Positions 10,129-19,118 of a stretch of 52,185 bases of DNA are shown here, in pieces. Source of the DNA: Candidatus Thorarchaeota archaeon SMTZ1-45 (GTDB lineage: Archaea; Asgardarchaeota; Thorarchaeia; Thorarchaeales; Thorarchaeaceae). Location: contig LRSL01000089.1 of the NCBI GenBank assembly GCA_001563335.1, positions 1 to 52,185 on the forward strand, in the 5' to 3' direction. The notes below the pieces were generated by a model. That model searched no databases and was not told the DNA's origin. It saw only the letters and a program-made list of their open reading frames with translations. Position numbers and translations under genes: made by a program. The first letter of the stretch is position 1, and each line of letters begins with the position of its first letter.

Positions 10129-10527
10129 CTAGGTTTCTTCTTCTGATTTAGGTTTGAAATCTAATGCAACTGAATTGATGCAGTACCTTAGTCCTGTAGG
10201 ATTGGGTCCATCGTCAAAAACATGACCAAGATGACCTCCACATTTCTTACACATAACCTCAATTCTACGCATTCCATAGCTTGTGTCTATTTTTCTCTCA
10301 ATGCTATCCTCGGAAACCTTGTCCCAAAAGCTTGGCCATCCAGTCCTAGACTCAAACTTGGTGTCTGAACTGAAGAGCACATTGCCGCACCCAGCACAGA
10401 CATAAGTGCCTTTACCCTTGTGATGCACATACTTTCCTGTGAAGGGTGGTTCAGTTCCACATTGTCTGAGGACTCTGTACTGTTCAGGACTCAGCTTTAC
10501 TTTCCAATCTACTTCTGATTCTTCCAT
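10129..10527 (-). CDS. msrB: Peptide-methionine (R)-S-oxide reductase MsrB
   Basis: [38 protein letters not shown] and RYCINS. Start moved to the ATG at 10527. Confidence 0.96.
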   Translation of the reverse strand: MEESEVDWKVKLSPEQYRVLRQCGTEPPFTGKYVHHKGKGTYVCAGCGNVLFSSDTKFESRTGWPSFWDKVSEDSIERKIDTSYGMRRIEVMCKKCGGHLGHVFDDGPNPTGLRYCINSVALDFKPKSEEET

Positions 10528-10680
10528 AGTTAACAATAGTACATTGACATTGATAATCTCTTTGAAAGTGGCTATTTCAACAATCATAATAATTGGATTA
10601 TATGAAACAGAAACTAGGTGTTGCCCCCAACGTCTACTGAGGTCCCAACAGTTTTATGAGAGCTAATTGGTCAATGTATA

Positions 10681-11607
10681 TTGAGGGGCATCAAGTTGAC
10701 ACGAGCAATAGTTGAGGTTGAGATACGAATTCTCTCAGACGGGAATGTTGAGAATTGGAGAGTCTTGGGAGAGGCTGGATTTACTGCCCTCGTCAAAGTC
10801 ACTTATGATGACACGAGCGAATTCCAATTCCTCTTTGATACAGGGGGAGGGACTCCCGCCTTGGAGCACAATGTGGGTGTTATGAAAGACACCTTGAAAC
10901 GAGATTTATCTCCTATTGAAATGATAGTCCTCAGTCATGGACATTGGGATCATACTGCAGGTTTGTTGAAAGTCATAGCGATGACTAAAAAACGAGTACC
11001 TGTCCTGTGTCATCCAGATGCACTCCTACATAAGATATTCACCTCTGATGACGGAAAGCGCCACGAAATCGGAATTCATGAGTACTACACCAAGTCTGAG
11101 CTTGAGTCTAGGACTGAGGTCATTGCCACTACAGAACCATATGCTATCGCTGATGGGATAATGACCACTGGTGTCGTTCCTCGTACTAATGCCTTTGAAA
11201 AGCTGACTGGACGCTTACAAAAGATTATGATTATTAGAGATGGAGAAGAAACCCCTGATTTGATTGAAGATGACCTCTCGGTTGTTTTCCACTTGAAAGA
11301 TGACTCAGTTGCAGTTCTTACAGGTTGCTGCCATTCTGGGATTGTCAACACAATCAGTCATGCGACAAAACTTACCGGGTCCTCATCTATTGTCGGTATC
11401 ATAGGTGGATTTCATCTCCACGACGCATCAAAGGAACGCTTGACCAGTACCGTTGAACATCTCGGTCATTACCCACTCTCTATAATTGCACCATGTCATT
11501 GCACAGGTCTTAGAGGTCGTTCTGCCCTCATGAATGCATTCGAGGGTCCATTCAAGGATATTGGTGTAGGCTCAGTAGTCAAGTTTGAGGCAAGACAGAC
11601 TGAATGA
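10681..11607 (+). CDS. MBL-fold hydrolase, COG1237-like (dihydropteroate synthase-related)
   Basis: LFDTG, VLSHGHWDHTAG, TGCCHSG, GGFHL and PCHCTG motifs. Confidence 0.85.
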   Translation: MRGIKLTRAIVEVEIRILSDGNVENWRVLGEAGFTALVKVTYDDTSEFQFLFDTGGGTPALEHNVGVMKDTLKRDLSPIEMIVLSHGHWDHTAGLLKVIAMTKKRVPVLCHPDALLHKIFTSDDGKRHEIGIHEYYTKSELESRTEVIATTEPYAIADGIMTTGVVPRTNAFEKLTGRLQKIMIIRDGEETPDLIEDDLSVVFHLKDDSVAVLTGCCHSGIVNTISHATKLTGSSSIVGIIGGFHLHDASKERLTSTVEHLGHYPLSIIAPCHCTGLRGRSALMNAFEGPFKDIGVGSVVKFEARQTE

Positions 11608-12653
11608 AGTCGCTGACCAAGTCCGCTATCATTCTTGCACCAGCAGTGTTCAAATGCAGATAATCAACATGAAGAGAGAAGCCTGCGCTCTTCGATATTG
11701 TATCCCAGCTTTTCCTGAGAAGATAGCGGTTGATGATAACCTTGATGATACCTAAGTAGTATCTCTCATAAGGATATGTTTGCCCTACCGGAGAATTCTG
11801 AAGTGATTCATTCATTCTCTCATGCAAGGGTGGTCAACAGCTGCTGAAACCTTTGACAAAGTTGGACATCCTTTAAATGATCGTTTGAGCCATTGTTGTA
11901 GGTCTTTAAATATCATTATCAGGCGACAGAACTCTGAGGTCGCCCGGACACGCACCTGACCTCGCAGAGTCCACCCAGTGCCGTTTCCTGGGAGTACAAC
12001 GCTCTGGTGTCCAAGATTGTACAACATACAATGAACGGTAGGTATGCAACATTCATTTCTTCAGCTATATGCTGTATAATGCTACTATACTCAGAACTCC
12101 TAATGAACGCTGGATGACTGAAATCCTCTCCAATTGGAGGAATTGAAAGGAGTGCAATTCTTGCATTTGTTTCTGTTCTAAGCCTCTTCACAAGTGATTG
12201 AAGGCAATCTTCATACCAACTCGAATCGGGATCTCTTGGAAGTTTCATTCTCATTACATAGCTCTTCATCGCATCTGAAGACATAGTAGCATTTACGTCA
12301 TCAGTACCAATGAGTACGGTAACAACATCCGGGTCGCACTGAATGACCTCTTCGACTCGTTGTAGATTGTTCCATGCAAGTTCAGAGTTTATACCTGCAT
12401 TAATGAACTCGAAAGACTCACTCTCGAATCTCTCCTGAACCATGTCTACATAGTTAACGCCAACTCTTCCGTGAGTTATGCTATCTCCCAAAAAGACTAC
12501 AACACTCTTTCGAACATCTTTCTGAGGATGTGCTCTTAGGTATGTTGAAGGAGTTTTTTCGGGTTTCTTCATTGACTGATAGAAGGCATATCCTGTGAGA
12601 GGAATAAGAACAAGAATGAGTAAACCAAACAAGAACAGGAGTTGCCCCAGCAT
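11579..12653 (-). pseudogene. SGNH/GDSL hydrolase interrupted by a 208-bp insertion
   Basis: The N-terminal part (12653-12037) has GDSIT, NAGIN and LIGTDD. The C-terminal part (11830-11579) has the catalytic D-YL-H-LN..GA motif. Removing 208 nt joins them in frame as ...VAYLPLHERM... Confidence 0.85.
11829..12039. mobile_element. Small non-coding structured insertion (205 bp plus a 3-bp GGT direct repeat)
   Basis: GGT occurs at 11829-11831 and 12037-12039. The insert breaks the GDSL frame, contains several nested inverted repeats and encodes no transposase. Confidence 0.65.
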
Positions 12654-12745
12654 AAGGACAGAACCCGCAAGTGGTTCTGATTAATCTTTGCAGAAATGTA
12701 ACATTGAACAACTCTTTTGAGTGATTTACCAACCAACAAGGAATC

Positions 12746-13219
12746 ATGTCCGATGAATACATCCAAGACTTTTGGCCTGAGGAAGGGACCTTTTGTTGGG
12801 GCTGTGGGAAAAACAACAAGCACGGTCTCCAGTTGAAGAGCTTTTGGAACGATGGTGAAACTGTAGCAGTATGGGAACCGAAGGAATACCACCTAGCTTT
12901 CCCCGGGATGCTAAATGGAGGAATCATTGCTACACTGATTGACTGCCATGGGACTGGAACTGCAAATGCAGCAGCTCACAAGGCTGCTGAAGGGTCAGCT
13001 CAACACATCATGTTTGTCACAGGCGGCATCTCTGTGAAATATCTTAGACCAACTCCCATTGACAAGCCTATCACACTCCGAGCAAGAATTACAGAGATAA
13101 GTGAAAAGAAGATCAAGGTTGCATGTGATCTCTATTCTGGAGATATGAGATGTGCGTCTGGGGAGGTGTTGACTGTCAAGGTCGATCTGGGACTTTTTCT
13201 GAAAATCGAAAAAAAGTGA
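12746..13219 (+). CDS. PaaI family thioesterase (hotdog fold)
   Basis: CWGCG.NN.HGL, AFPGMLNGGIIATLIDCH and VKYLRPTP motifs. Confidence 0.9.
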   Translation: MSDEYIQDFWPEEGTFCWGCGKNNKHGLQLKSFWNDGETVAVWEPKEYHLAFPGMLNGGIIATLIDCHGTGTANAAAHKAAEGSAQHIMFVTGGISVKYLRPTPIDKPITLRARITEISEKKIKVACDLYSGDMRCASGEVLTVKVDLGLFLKIEKK

Positions 13220-13391
13220 AATATTTCGCCATTTTTGAGTCCATTTGCGCATTTTGATAACAAAAGAGTCTGAAAAAGAGAATTAATAAGACAACTTGTT
13301 ATACGTTGGAGGTTGTTGCGAGGCAGAGTGGACAGTCGATTCCTGCGGATGTTGATTGATTGTTATAGTCGCAAACGGGAGTAGAGCCTCA

Positions 13392-15200
13392 ATGAATATT
13401 GAGAAGAAAGCATGTTTGCTAGTTGTATCACTTACTTTAGTGCTAGTCTTACTGAATGTAGTACCTGCGGTCGTGTCTTCATCTGGAGTTGATCATTCTC
13501 TTAGTGCATCTCGGAATGATTTCTCTTTGTCCCAAACCGGAACGATTGAACCTCTCGAAACAACAATTAATTTAGTGGGGACCCATGGCTCAGGAGGCTG
13601 GTATGTTTCAGATGTCACCGTCACATTCTCTGTGTTTAGTTCAGCAGACGAATACACTACTGCATATAGCTATGATGGTGAAAACTGGATCATCTATAGT
13701 GATGCCTTTGTGGTATCAACTGAGGGGGATACCACTATTTACTATAACTCAACTGACTCTTCTGGATTTATTGAAGGTACAAAGGAAGAAATAATTAGAA
13801 TTGATAAGACAGCTCCAGAACTCAACCTTGAAACAGAAAACGTTCCTGGTGAAGGTACTTTTGTAACATTGAGTGCAATTGAATATGGTTCTGGCCTTGC
13901 TAGTATTGCATACAGTCTTGATGGAAAACGTTTGGAACGCTATGTAGATCCCTTTAATATCTCTACTGAAGGTTTTCACACCGTTTTCTATCAGGCTCAA
14001 GATTTCGCTGGTAATTTAGCAACTAAGACTGAAACCATCGAAGTGATCATTGAACCTATCGCCATCCCAACAGAAGTTATCTACAAAGGTGACACATCAG
14101 GTGTTTATTCTGACCAGATTACTCTTAAAGCGCAGCTTATGGATTCGATGAATGATGTACCACTTGCTGATAGATTAATCAAATTCACAGTTGGAGCACA
14201 AACAATGACTGTGATCACCGACTCTGATGGAGTTGCATCTTGCTTATTAATCCTAGATCAACCAGCTGGGATTTATATGGTTTCTGCAACCTTTGAGGGC
14301 GAGATTGGGTACCTTGATTCATCAACCACTGCTGAGTTCGTTCTTGGAAAGGAGTCTGCAACCACTTATTATACTGGTCTGACAATCATTGAAGAAAAGG
14401 ATGAAACCTTAACCCTGATTGCCACTGTGTTCGAAGAAAATGATGGCTTCTTAGGTGACTTGACTAAGATCTATGTGACCTTTACACTCTATTCATCAGC
14501 TGATTCTTCTACACCTATCGATGTAATCGGTCCTATCATGGTCATGCCTACTGATATGGCAGGAGTTGGGATTGCCATTGCAGAAGTCCCTAACTTAGAT
14601 GAGGGAGAGTATCTGGTTGTTGTTAGTCTTTGTCCCGAATACAACTTTCACTACAGCAGTCCCGATTCGGATGCTGCTATTCTAACCATCTATGAACCTT
14701 CTCGAGGTAAAGCGACAGGTGCCGGTTGGATTCGTGACTCGGATGGAAACAAGGGGCATTTTGTCTTCCTTGTACAATACAGCTGCCGAGGAACTCTGAA
14801 GGGCTTTGCTTACTACACTGTTCGAATTGACAATCTAGTGTATTTTGTAAAGACTACTGAAATCACTGGATTCTCAATTGATGGGAATCATGCCTTCTTT
14901 GAAGCAATCTGTACAATCTATGTGATTAACTTAGATATGTGTGAGAAAATCCAACTAGAGGAGAGCTTTAGGCTTCGGATAGATGTTTGGGACTACAAGA
15001 AACGATGTAGAAATGATATCTTTCAGATTCAAATCTTTGACCAATACGGAGTGGTTGTGTATGAGGCTGGATTTGATCCTCTAGGTTATATACACCGAGG
15101 AAACATAGTAATCCATAGTTATCGATGGAAACATCACTCACACCACTATCATCATTGGAAGCATCGGTCGTGCTGCCATCATAAAATGCGGCATTGGTAA
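13392..15200 (+). CDS. Secreted Ig-like multi-domain protein with a His/Cys/Trp-rich C-terminal tail
   Basis: Signal peptide. GWY.SDVTV...EG..TIYY.S.D..G and IDKTAP Ig-like repeats, a GKATGAGWI beta domain, and the tail HSYRWKHHSHHYHHWKHRSCCHHKMRHW. Confidence 0.8.
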   Translation: MNIEKKACLLVVSLTLVLVLLNVVPAVVSSSGVDHSLSASRNDFSLSQTGTIEPLETTINLVGTHGSGGWYVSDVTVTFSVFSSADEYTTAYSYDGENWIIYSDAFVVSTEGDTTIYYNSTDSSGFIEGTKEEIIRIDKTAPELNLETENVPGEGTFVTLSAIEYGSGLASIAYSLDGKRLERYVDPFNISTEGFHTVFYQAQDFAGNLATKTETIEVIIEPIAIPTEVIYKGDTSGVYSDQITLKAQLMDSMNDVPLADRLIKFTVGAQTMTVITDSDGVASCLLILDQPAGIYMVSATFEGEIGYLDSSTTAEFVLGKESATTYYTGLTIIEEKDETLTLIATVFEENDGFLGDLTKIYVTFTLYSSADSSTPIDVIGPIMVMPTDMAGVGIAIAEVPNLDEGEYLVVVSLCPEYNFHYSSPDSDAAILTIYEPSRGKATGAGWIRDSDGNKGHFVFLVQYSCRGTLKGFAYYTVRIDNLVYFVKTTEITGFSIDGNHAFFEAICTIYVINLDMCEKIQLEESFRLRIDVWDYKKRCRNDIFQIQIFDQYGVVVYEAGFDPLGYIHRGNIVIHSYRWKHHSHHYHHWKHRSCCHHKMRHW

Positions 15201-15215
15201 AACACCTCGGTCGAT

Positions 15216-15962
15216 CTACCTGGATATCCTATAATTTGAACTGGGCGCCTGTTCAACAAGACCATCAGCTACTAGTTGAGCTATAATCATTTCCATTTCT
15301 GCTCTTTTCAAATCACAGCCAATCATCAACATAAGCTCTTCAAGCCCCACCTCATCGGTTTCTGTCAGAGCCCTGATTACTGCACCCCGTACTTGTCTCG
15401 TTGAACCCTCATAGCAAGCTTGTCTTGAGGTGGGTGAAATACCGGTTGAGTTGGCTGTCATAACCTGTGATCCATAATCCATGAGGGCATTATGCCAATC
15501 TCGAGACCTTCCTTTCAAGAGTACTCTGTCTGCAATTGCTTGAAGCTCTCTCTCTGAGTTGAACGCGAAAATAAGAATCGATCGTGATGTATATGGTCCA
15601 ATACCTTTCAGCTGCATAAGCTCTTTGACAGCCTGAGGGAACTCCCCTCTATCAACAACCTGCTTGGCTGCCTCCTTTAACCACAGAGCCCGACGGTTGT
15701 ACCCTAGTCCACTCCAAACTTGAAGAAGATGCCTAGTTTCAGCAGAGGCAAGTGATTCAAATGTGGGGAACTTCTCTAGGAACTGCTTGTATTTTGGAAT
15801 AACTCGATTGACCTGGGTTTGTTGTAACATGACCTCTGATATCATGACATGGTAGGGGCTTGGATCCTCTCTCCAGGGAAGAGTACGAGCATTCTTTTTC
15901 CACCAACTCATAACCTTTTCTTGGAATGCCGCTATGTCTTTCTGTTCGAGTTCTTGTTTCAA
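15216..15962 (-). CDS. mutY: MutY-like HhH-GPD DNA glycosylase lacking the Fe-S motif, with an apparent internal deletion (possibly inactive)
   Basis: LPWR, SEVMLQQTQV, WSGLGYNRRA and LKGIGPYT are present. The VD(G/T)N catalytic segment after FAFN is absent. Confidence 0.78.
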   Translation of the reverse strand: MKQELEQKDIAAFQEKVMSWWKKNARTLPWREDPSPYHVMISEVMLQQTQVNRVIPKYKQFLEKFPTFESLASAETRHLLQVWSGLGYNRRALWLKEAAKQVVDRGEFPQAVKELMQLKGIGPYTSRSILIFAFNSERELQAIADRVLLKGRSRDWHNALMDYGSQVMTANSTGISPTSRQACYEGSTRQVRGAVIRALTETDEVGLEELMLMIGCDLKRAEMEMIIAQLVADGLVEQAPSSNYRISR

Positions 15963-16056
15963 GCATATACACCCAGTGGTTCATTCTCATGAACCTCCCC
16001 TCCTTATATCCTGCTAAAGTGGCCAAAACTTGATTGCAAATTACCTCAATACAATC

Positions 16057-17826
16057 CTATTCGATCCTTATTTCAGCAATTGTTCCAAGTTGTTTTCCCA
16101 ACAGCTCCAGAAACATTGTGTCACGTTTCAGAGACTTCTCATTTTCAATAGTCTGATTATAGGCGATTGTATACAAAGTCTTGACATTACTCACATTACT
16201 ACGTATTCGACCAAGGCTCTGTTCATACCTTTCAAGTGAGGCTGTGGTCCCATAATAAAATCCTACATCTGCCTCTGGAAGGTCTGTCCCTTTCTCAATC
16301 AACCGTTCAGATGCAAAAAGGACCTTCTTCTTTCCCTCCTTGAATGCCTTAATCTGGCTATATTGTGTTGCTCCATCCATTCCTCCGTGTACAAAGGTGG
16401 CTGAGATTCCCTTCTTTTCAGCAAGAGCGGCTAAATGTTTTGTGACTTCAACAAAGCGGCACATCACCAGGGACTTCTTTTCCTCCTTGTCCATCATCTC
16501 CAGCCAAAACAATAGCCTCTTTTCCTTCTCACTCGTGTACTCCTCAGCTGCTAGATACTCAGTCATTTTTTCACGCACTTTGTTCCTCATGAAACTGAAA
16601 TCGGTGTTTGCTATCAGCGTCTTGTTATCTATTCCCTCGATGAACTTTGAGAAAGACTTGAGCGTACTCTCTAGGAGACGTTGCCTTGCGACGGTCATTA
16701 ACAGATATGCACTTGCGTGAGAAAGATACACGTGAAATCGCTCCTTGTTGTTACCAAGTCTCTCAAGGAAGGTCTTCTGGATGCTCTTCTTCCCAAGCAG
16801 GTCTGAGACAAAAAGAAGAATTCGATCGGTTGGTATCTGACTTTTGCCAGTTAGAATCTTGTAGCTCTCTGATAGCTTAGAGAAAGATGTCTGACGAATC
16901 TTACCAATTAGGGAGTCAATATCTGCAATCCAATCGTCAAAAACTCGAATCTGTTTAAGGTCATAGGCTGGTCTATATGACTCGAAATCATCCCCTACTG
17001 GATGAATCTCTAATACTCTGTTCTCCCCAAGGGTGGTCTTCAGCAGGTCTATCTTCGTTTCTTGAGAAACGGATGCAGTGAGTCCAATTATAATCTTCTG
17101 TGAATCGGTTGAGAGAATGCCAAGTAGGTTCAATATTGGTTCAAACTTCTTGTTCAAGCGGTAATTCTTTGACTCAAACTCACGGACCAAGTTGTCTGCA
17201 ATGCTCTGCTCATCAAACTTTCTGCCATTATCTGTTTCCCTCTTTTCTAGCTCCTCCTTCAGGTTCTTCACAATATCTGCAAACTCTCTACCACCTCCAA
17301 ACCTTCTCTCGATATACTTGATTGCTTCTTCTCTAGGTCGTTTTGTACCATAACTCTGTGCAAAGACATCGAAGATCTCATCGATGATGACGACTCCAAC
17401 CTTCTCGAGAGTTTCTCTATCAACTCGCGGACTCTTACCAACAACAGAATTCATGAGAAGAATAGGTGTAGCAAAGATGAATTTCGAGAGAGATGCATGT
17501 TTTCGAGTCATCTGGGGTGGGATGCCTTTCTGGTCGTCCAACAGATAGAGATGACCATGTTTGGCGAGACCGTACTGAGTCATCATACTATGAAGCTGGT
17601 GTTTCAACTTACGATCCTGAACCAAGAACAAAACCTTCTCATCAGGAGCCACAAGCCCACGTTCTAGAATTATCTCTACAATGAGAGCTGCAATCAGAGT
17701 CTTTCCCATGCCTGTTGGAAGAAGTATCAGGAATGCACTCTTTTTTTCATTCTCAATATTATATATGACCTGGTCTCTGGCATTAATCTGGTAAGATCTT
17801 GGCTCAATAACTGATTCTTCACCCAT
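16057..17826 (-). CDS. Divergent SF2 helicase (Hef/FANCM-like N-terminus, no nuclease domain)
   Basis: EPRSYQ, LPTGMGKT, IIDEIFD, GLTAS, EKGTDLPE and YEQSLGRIR motifs. Confidence 0.82.
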   Translation of the reverse strand: MGEESVIEPRSYQINARDQVIYNIENEKKSAFLILLPTGMGKTLIAALIVEIILERGLVAPDEKVLFLVQDRKLKHQLHSMMTQYGLAKHGHLYLLDDQKGIPPQMTRKHASLSKFIFATPILLMNSVVGKSPRVDRETLEKVGVVIIDEIFDVFAQSYGTKRPREEAIKYIERRFGGGREFADIVKNLKEELEKRETDNGRKFDEQSIADNLVREFESKNYRLNKKFEPILNLLGILSTDSQKIIIGLTASVSQETKIDLLKTTLGENRVLEIHPVGDDFESYRPAYDLKQIRVFDDWIADIDSLIGKIRQTSFSKLSESYKILTGKSQIPTDRILLFVSDLLGKKSIQKTFLERLGNNKERFHVYLSHASAYLLMTVARQRLLESTLKSFSKFIEGIDNKTLIANTDFSFMRNKVREKMTEYLAAEEYTSEKEKRLLFWLEMMDKEEKKSLVMCRFVEVTKHLAALAEKKGISATFVHGGMDGATQYSQIKAFKEGKKKVLFASERLIEKGTDLPEADVGFYYGTTASLERYEQSLGRIRSNVSNVKTLYTIAYNQTIENEKSLKRDTMFLELLGKQLGTIAEIRIE

Positions 17827-17875
17827 GTGTTCCCTTGAAATTTACTGCTTTATAAAGACTTGAAATTCGGAAAAC

Positions 17876-19117
17876 TCACCACACTTTCTCAAGCACTCGA
17901 AGAGCATTTTTCCCTGCAATCTTTGCTATCTCCTCATCTGAATAGCCATTCTTGACCATCCATCGAATCACATTATAGACTGCTTCCGTCGGGTTCTCCA
18001 AGCCCTTGACATAGTCTGGAAGTTCTCTTACTTCAAGGTCCTCCTTTTGTTTGGGACGTGGGTAGTGCCCTACTCCATCCCTCGTCAGTCTATCATCGTA
18101 TAATTTGTAGAGACCTACATGATCCCCATAGAGTGTATCAGGGCCACATCCTACATGGTCAATGCCCATTAGCTCTACACAGTACTCCAGATGAGCCATA
18201 TATGTATCAATCGAGGGGACTGGATTGTCCTTTGTTGCAGTATATCCCGGAGCTGCCTCGATTCCAATGACGCCATCAATCTCAGCCAATGCTTGAAGGA
18301 CATCATCAGGCACCATTCGCTTTATTGGATGAATTGTCTGTGAGCCCGCATGCGAGATGATGACTGGTTTTTTACTTGATTCAATAGTGTCTCTGGCAGT
18401 CTGATCGCTCACATGACTCACATCAATAAGCATCCCGACTTTGTTCATCCTCAAAACACAATCATATCCAAAATCAGTGAGTCCTCCATCCCTCATCTCA
18501 TCCAGTCCAGTACCAAGCTGGTTTGACTCGCTATATACAAGCCCCATCTGACGAATCCCCAGACCAAAGAGAACATCAATTCTGTCAACCTCATTCTCGA
18601 TGCAGGTTGATGACTCCATCGCAGCGACCCATGCCAACCTTCCTGTTTCAAATGCATAATGGATGTCTCTTACGGTCTTGCAATGGATGACATAGTCCTG
18701 ATGTGCGATGTCACACAGTCGCTGGCCCAAGTCATGAATTGTGTCTGTCCATTTCCAACCATGTTTTGAAGTGACATTCGCAGAACCATCCATCATGTTG
18801 TCAAAGACACAGTCCAATCCTGTTTTGCTCAACGCCTCATACGCCATAAAGTCCCTGCCTTCTCTGTTGAGTTCTAAGGGCTGACTTGGATTCTCTGTGC
18901 AAAGTACTGGATGTTCATGAAGATCAATTATGATGTTCTTCTCAATTATCTCCTCGACTCTTTCCTCCTCAGCCTTTGAAAGAGGGACCAAGTATGACCA
19001 GTCCTTCCTTGTTGGATCTCTGAACCTGAACTCCTTGTAGTCGACTCCAGGTTTCAAATAATCATAAGCTTTGTAGCCTGAATACTTCTTTCCTTTTCCC
19101 AAGTTTCTCTTCTCCAT
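17876..19117 (-). CDS. Membrane dipeptidase family (peptidase M19)
   Basis: DLHEH, GLTDFG, GMLIDVSH, IISHAG and GIDHVG.GPD motifs. The ATG at 19117 lies just after the upstream stop. Confidence 0.9.
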   Translation of the reverse strand: MEKRNLGKGKKYSGYKAYDYLKPGVDYKEFRFRDPTRKDWSYLVPLSKAEEERVEEIIEKNIIIDLHEHPVLCTENPSQPLELNREGRDFMAYEALSKTGLDCVFDNMMDGSANVTSKHGWKWTDTIHDLGQRLCDIAHQDYVIHCKTVRDIHYAFETGRLAWVAAMESSTCIENEVDRIDVLFGLGIRQMGLVYSESNQLGTGLDEMRDGGLTDFGYDCVLRMNKVGMLIDVSHVSDQTARDTIESSKKPVIISHAGSQTIHPIKRMVPDDVLQALAEIDGVIGIEAAPGYTATKDNPVPSIDTYMAHLEYCVELMGIDHVGCGPDTLYGDHVGLYKLYDDRLTRDGVGHYPRPKQKEDLEVRELPDYVKGLENPTEAVYNVIRWMVKNGYSDEEIAKIAGKNALRVLEKVW

Positions 19118-19118
19118 T

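Noticed and set aside
10129-10527. Selenocysteine recoding in MsrB
   Set aside because: The catalytic motif is RYCINS with a Cys codon and there is no in-frame TGA.
11915-12012. Insert core as an HDV-like ribozyme or tRNA
   Set aside because: On the minus strand P1-GG-P4-CTGAT is suggestive, but I could not find the P3/L3 UCC or P2 pairing. No T-loop or anticodon arm is present for a tRNA.
11812-12027. 71-aa ORF across the insert
   Set aside because: No recognisable motif or SD. It runs out of the insert into the host gene out of frame and is too short for a transposase.
11829-12039. Insert as a canonical BHB, group I or group II intron
   Set aside because: Both junctions are C-rich on the coding strand and cannot form the 4-bp BHB helix. 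There is no terminal G for group I at the frame-restoring junctions, and no GUGYG start or domain V for group II.
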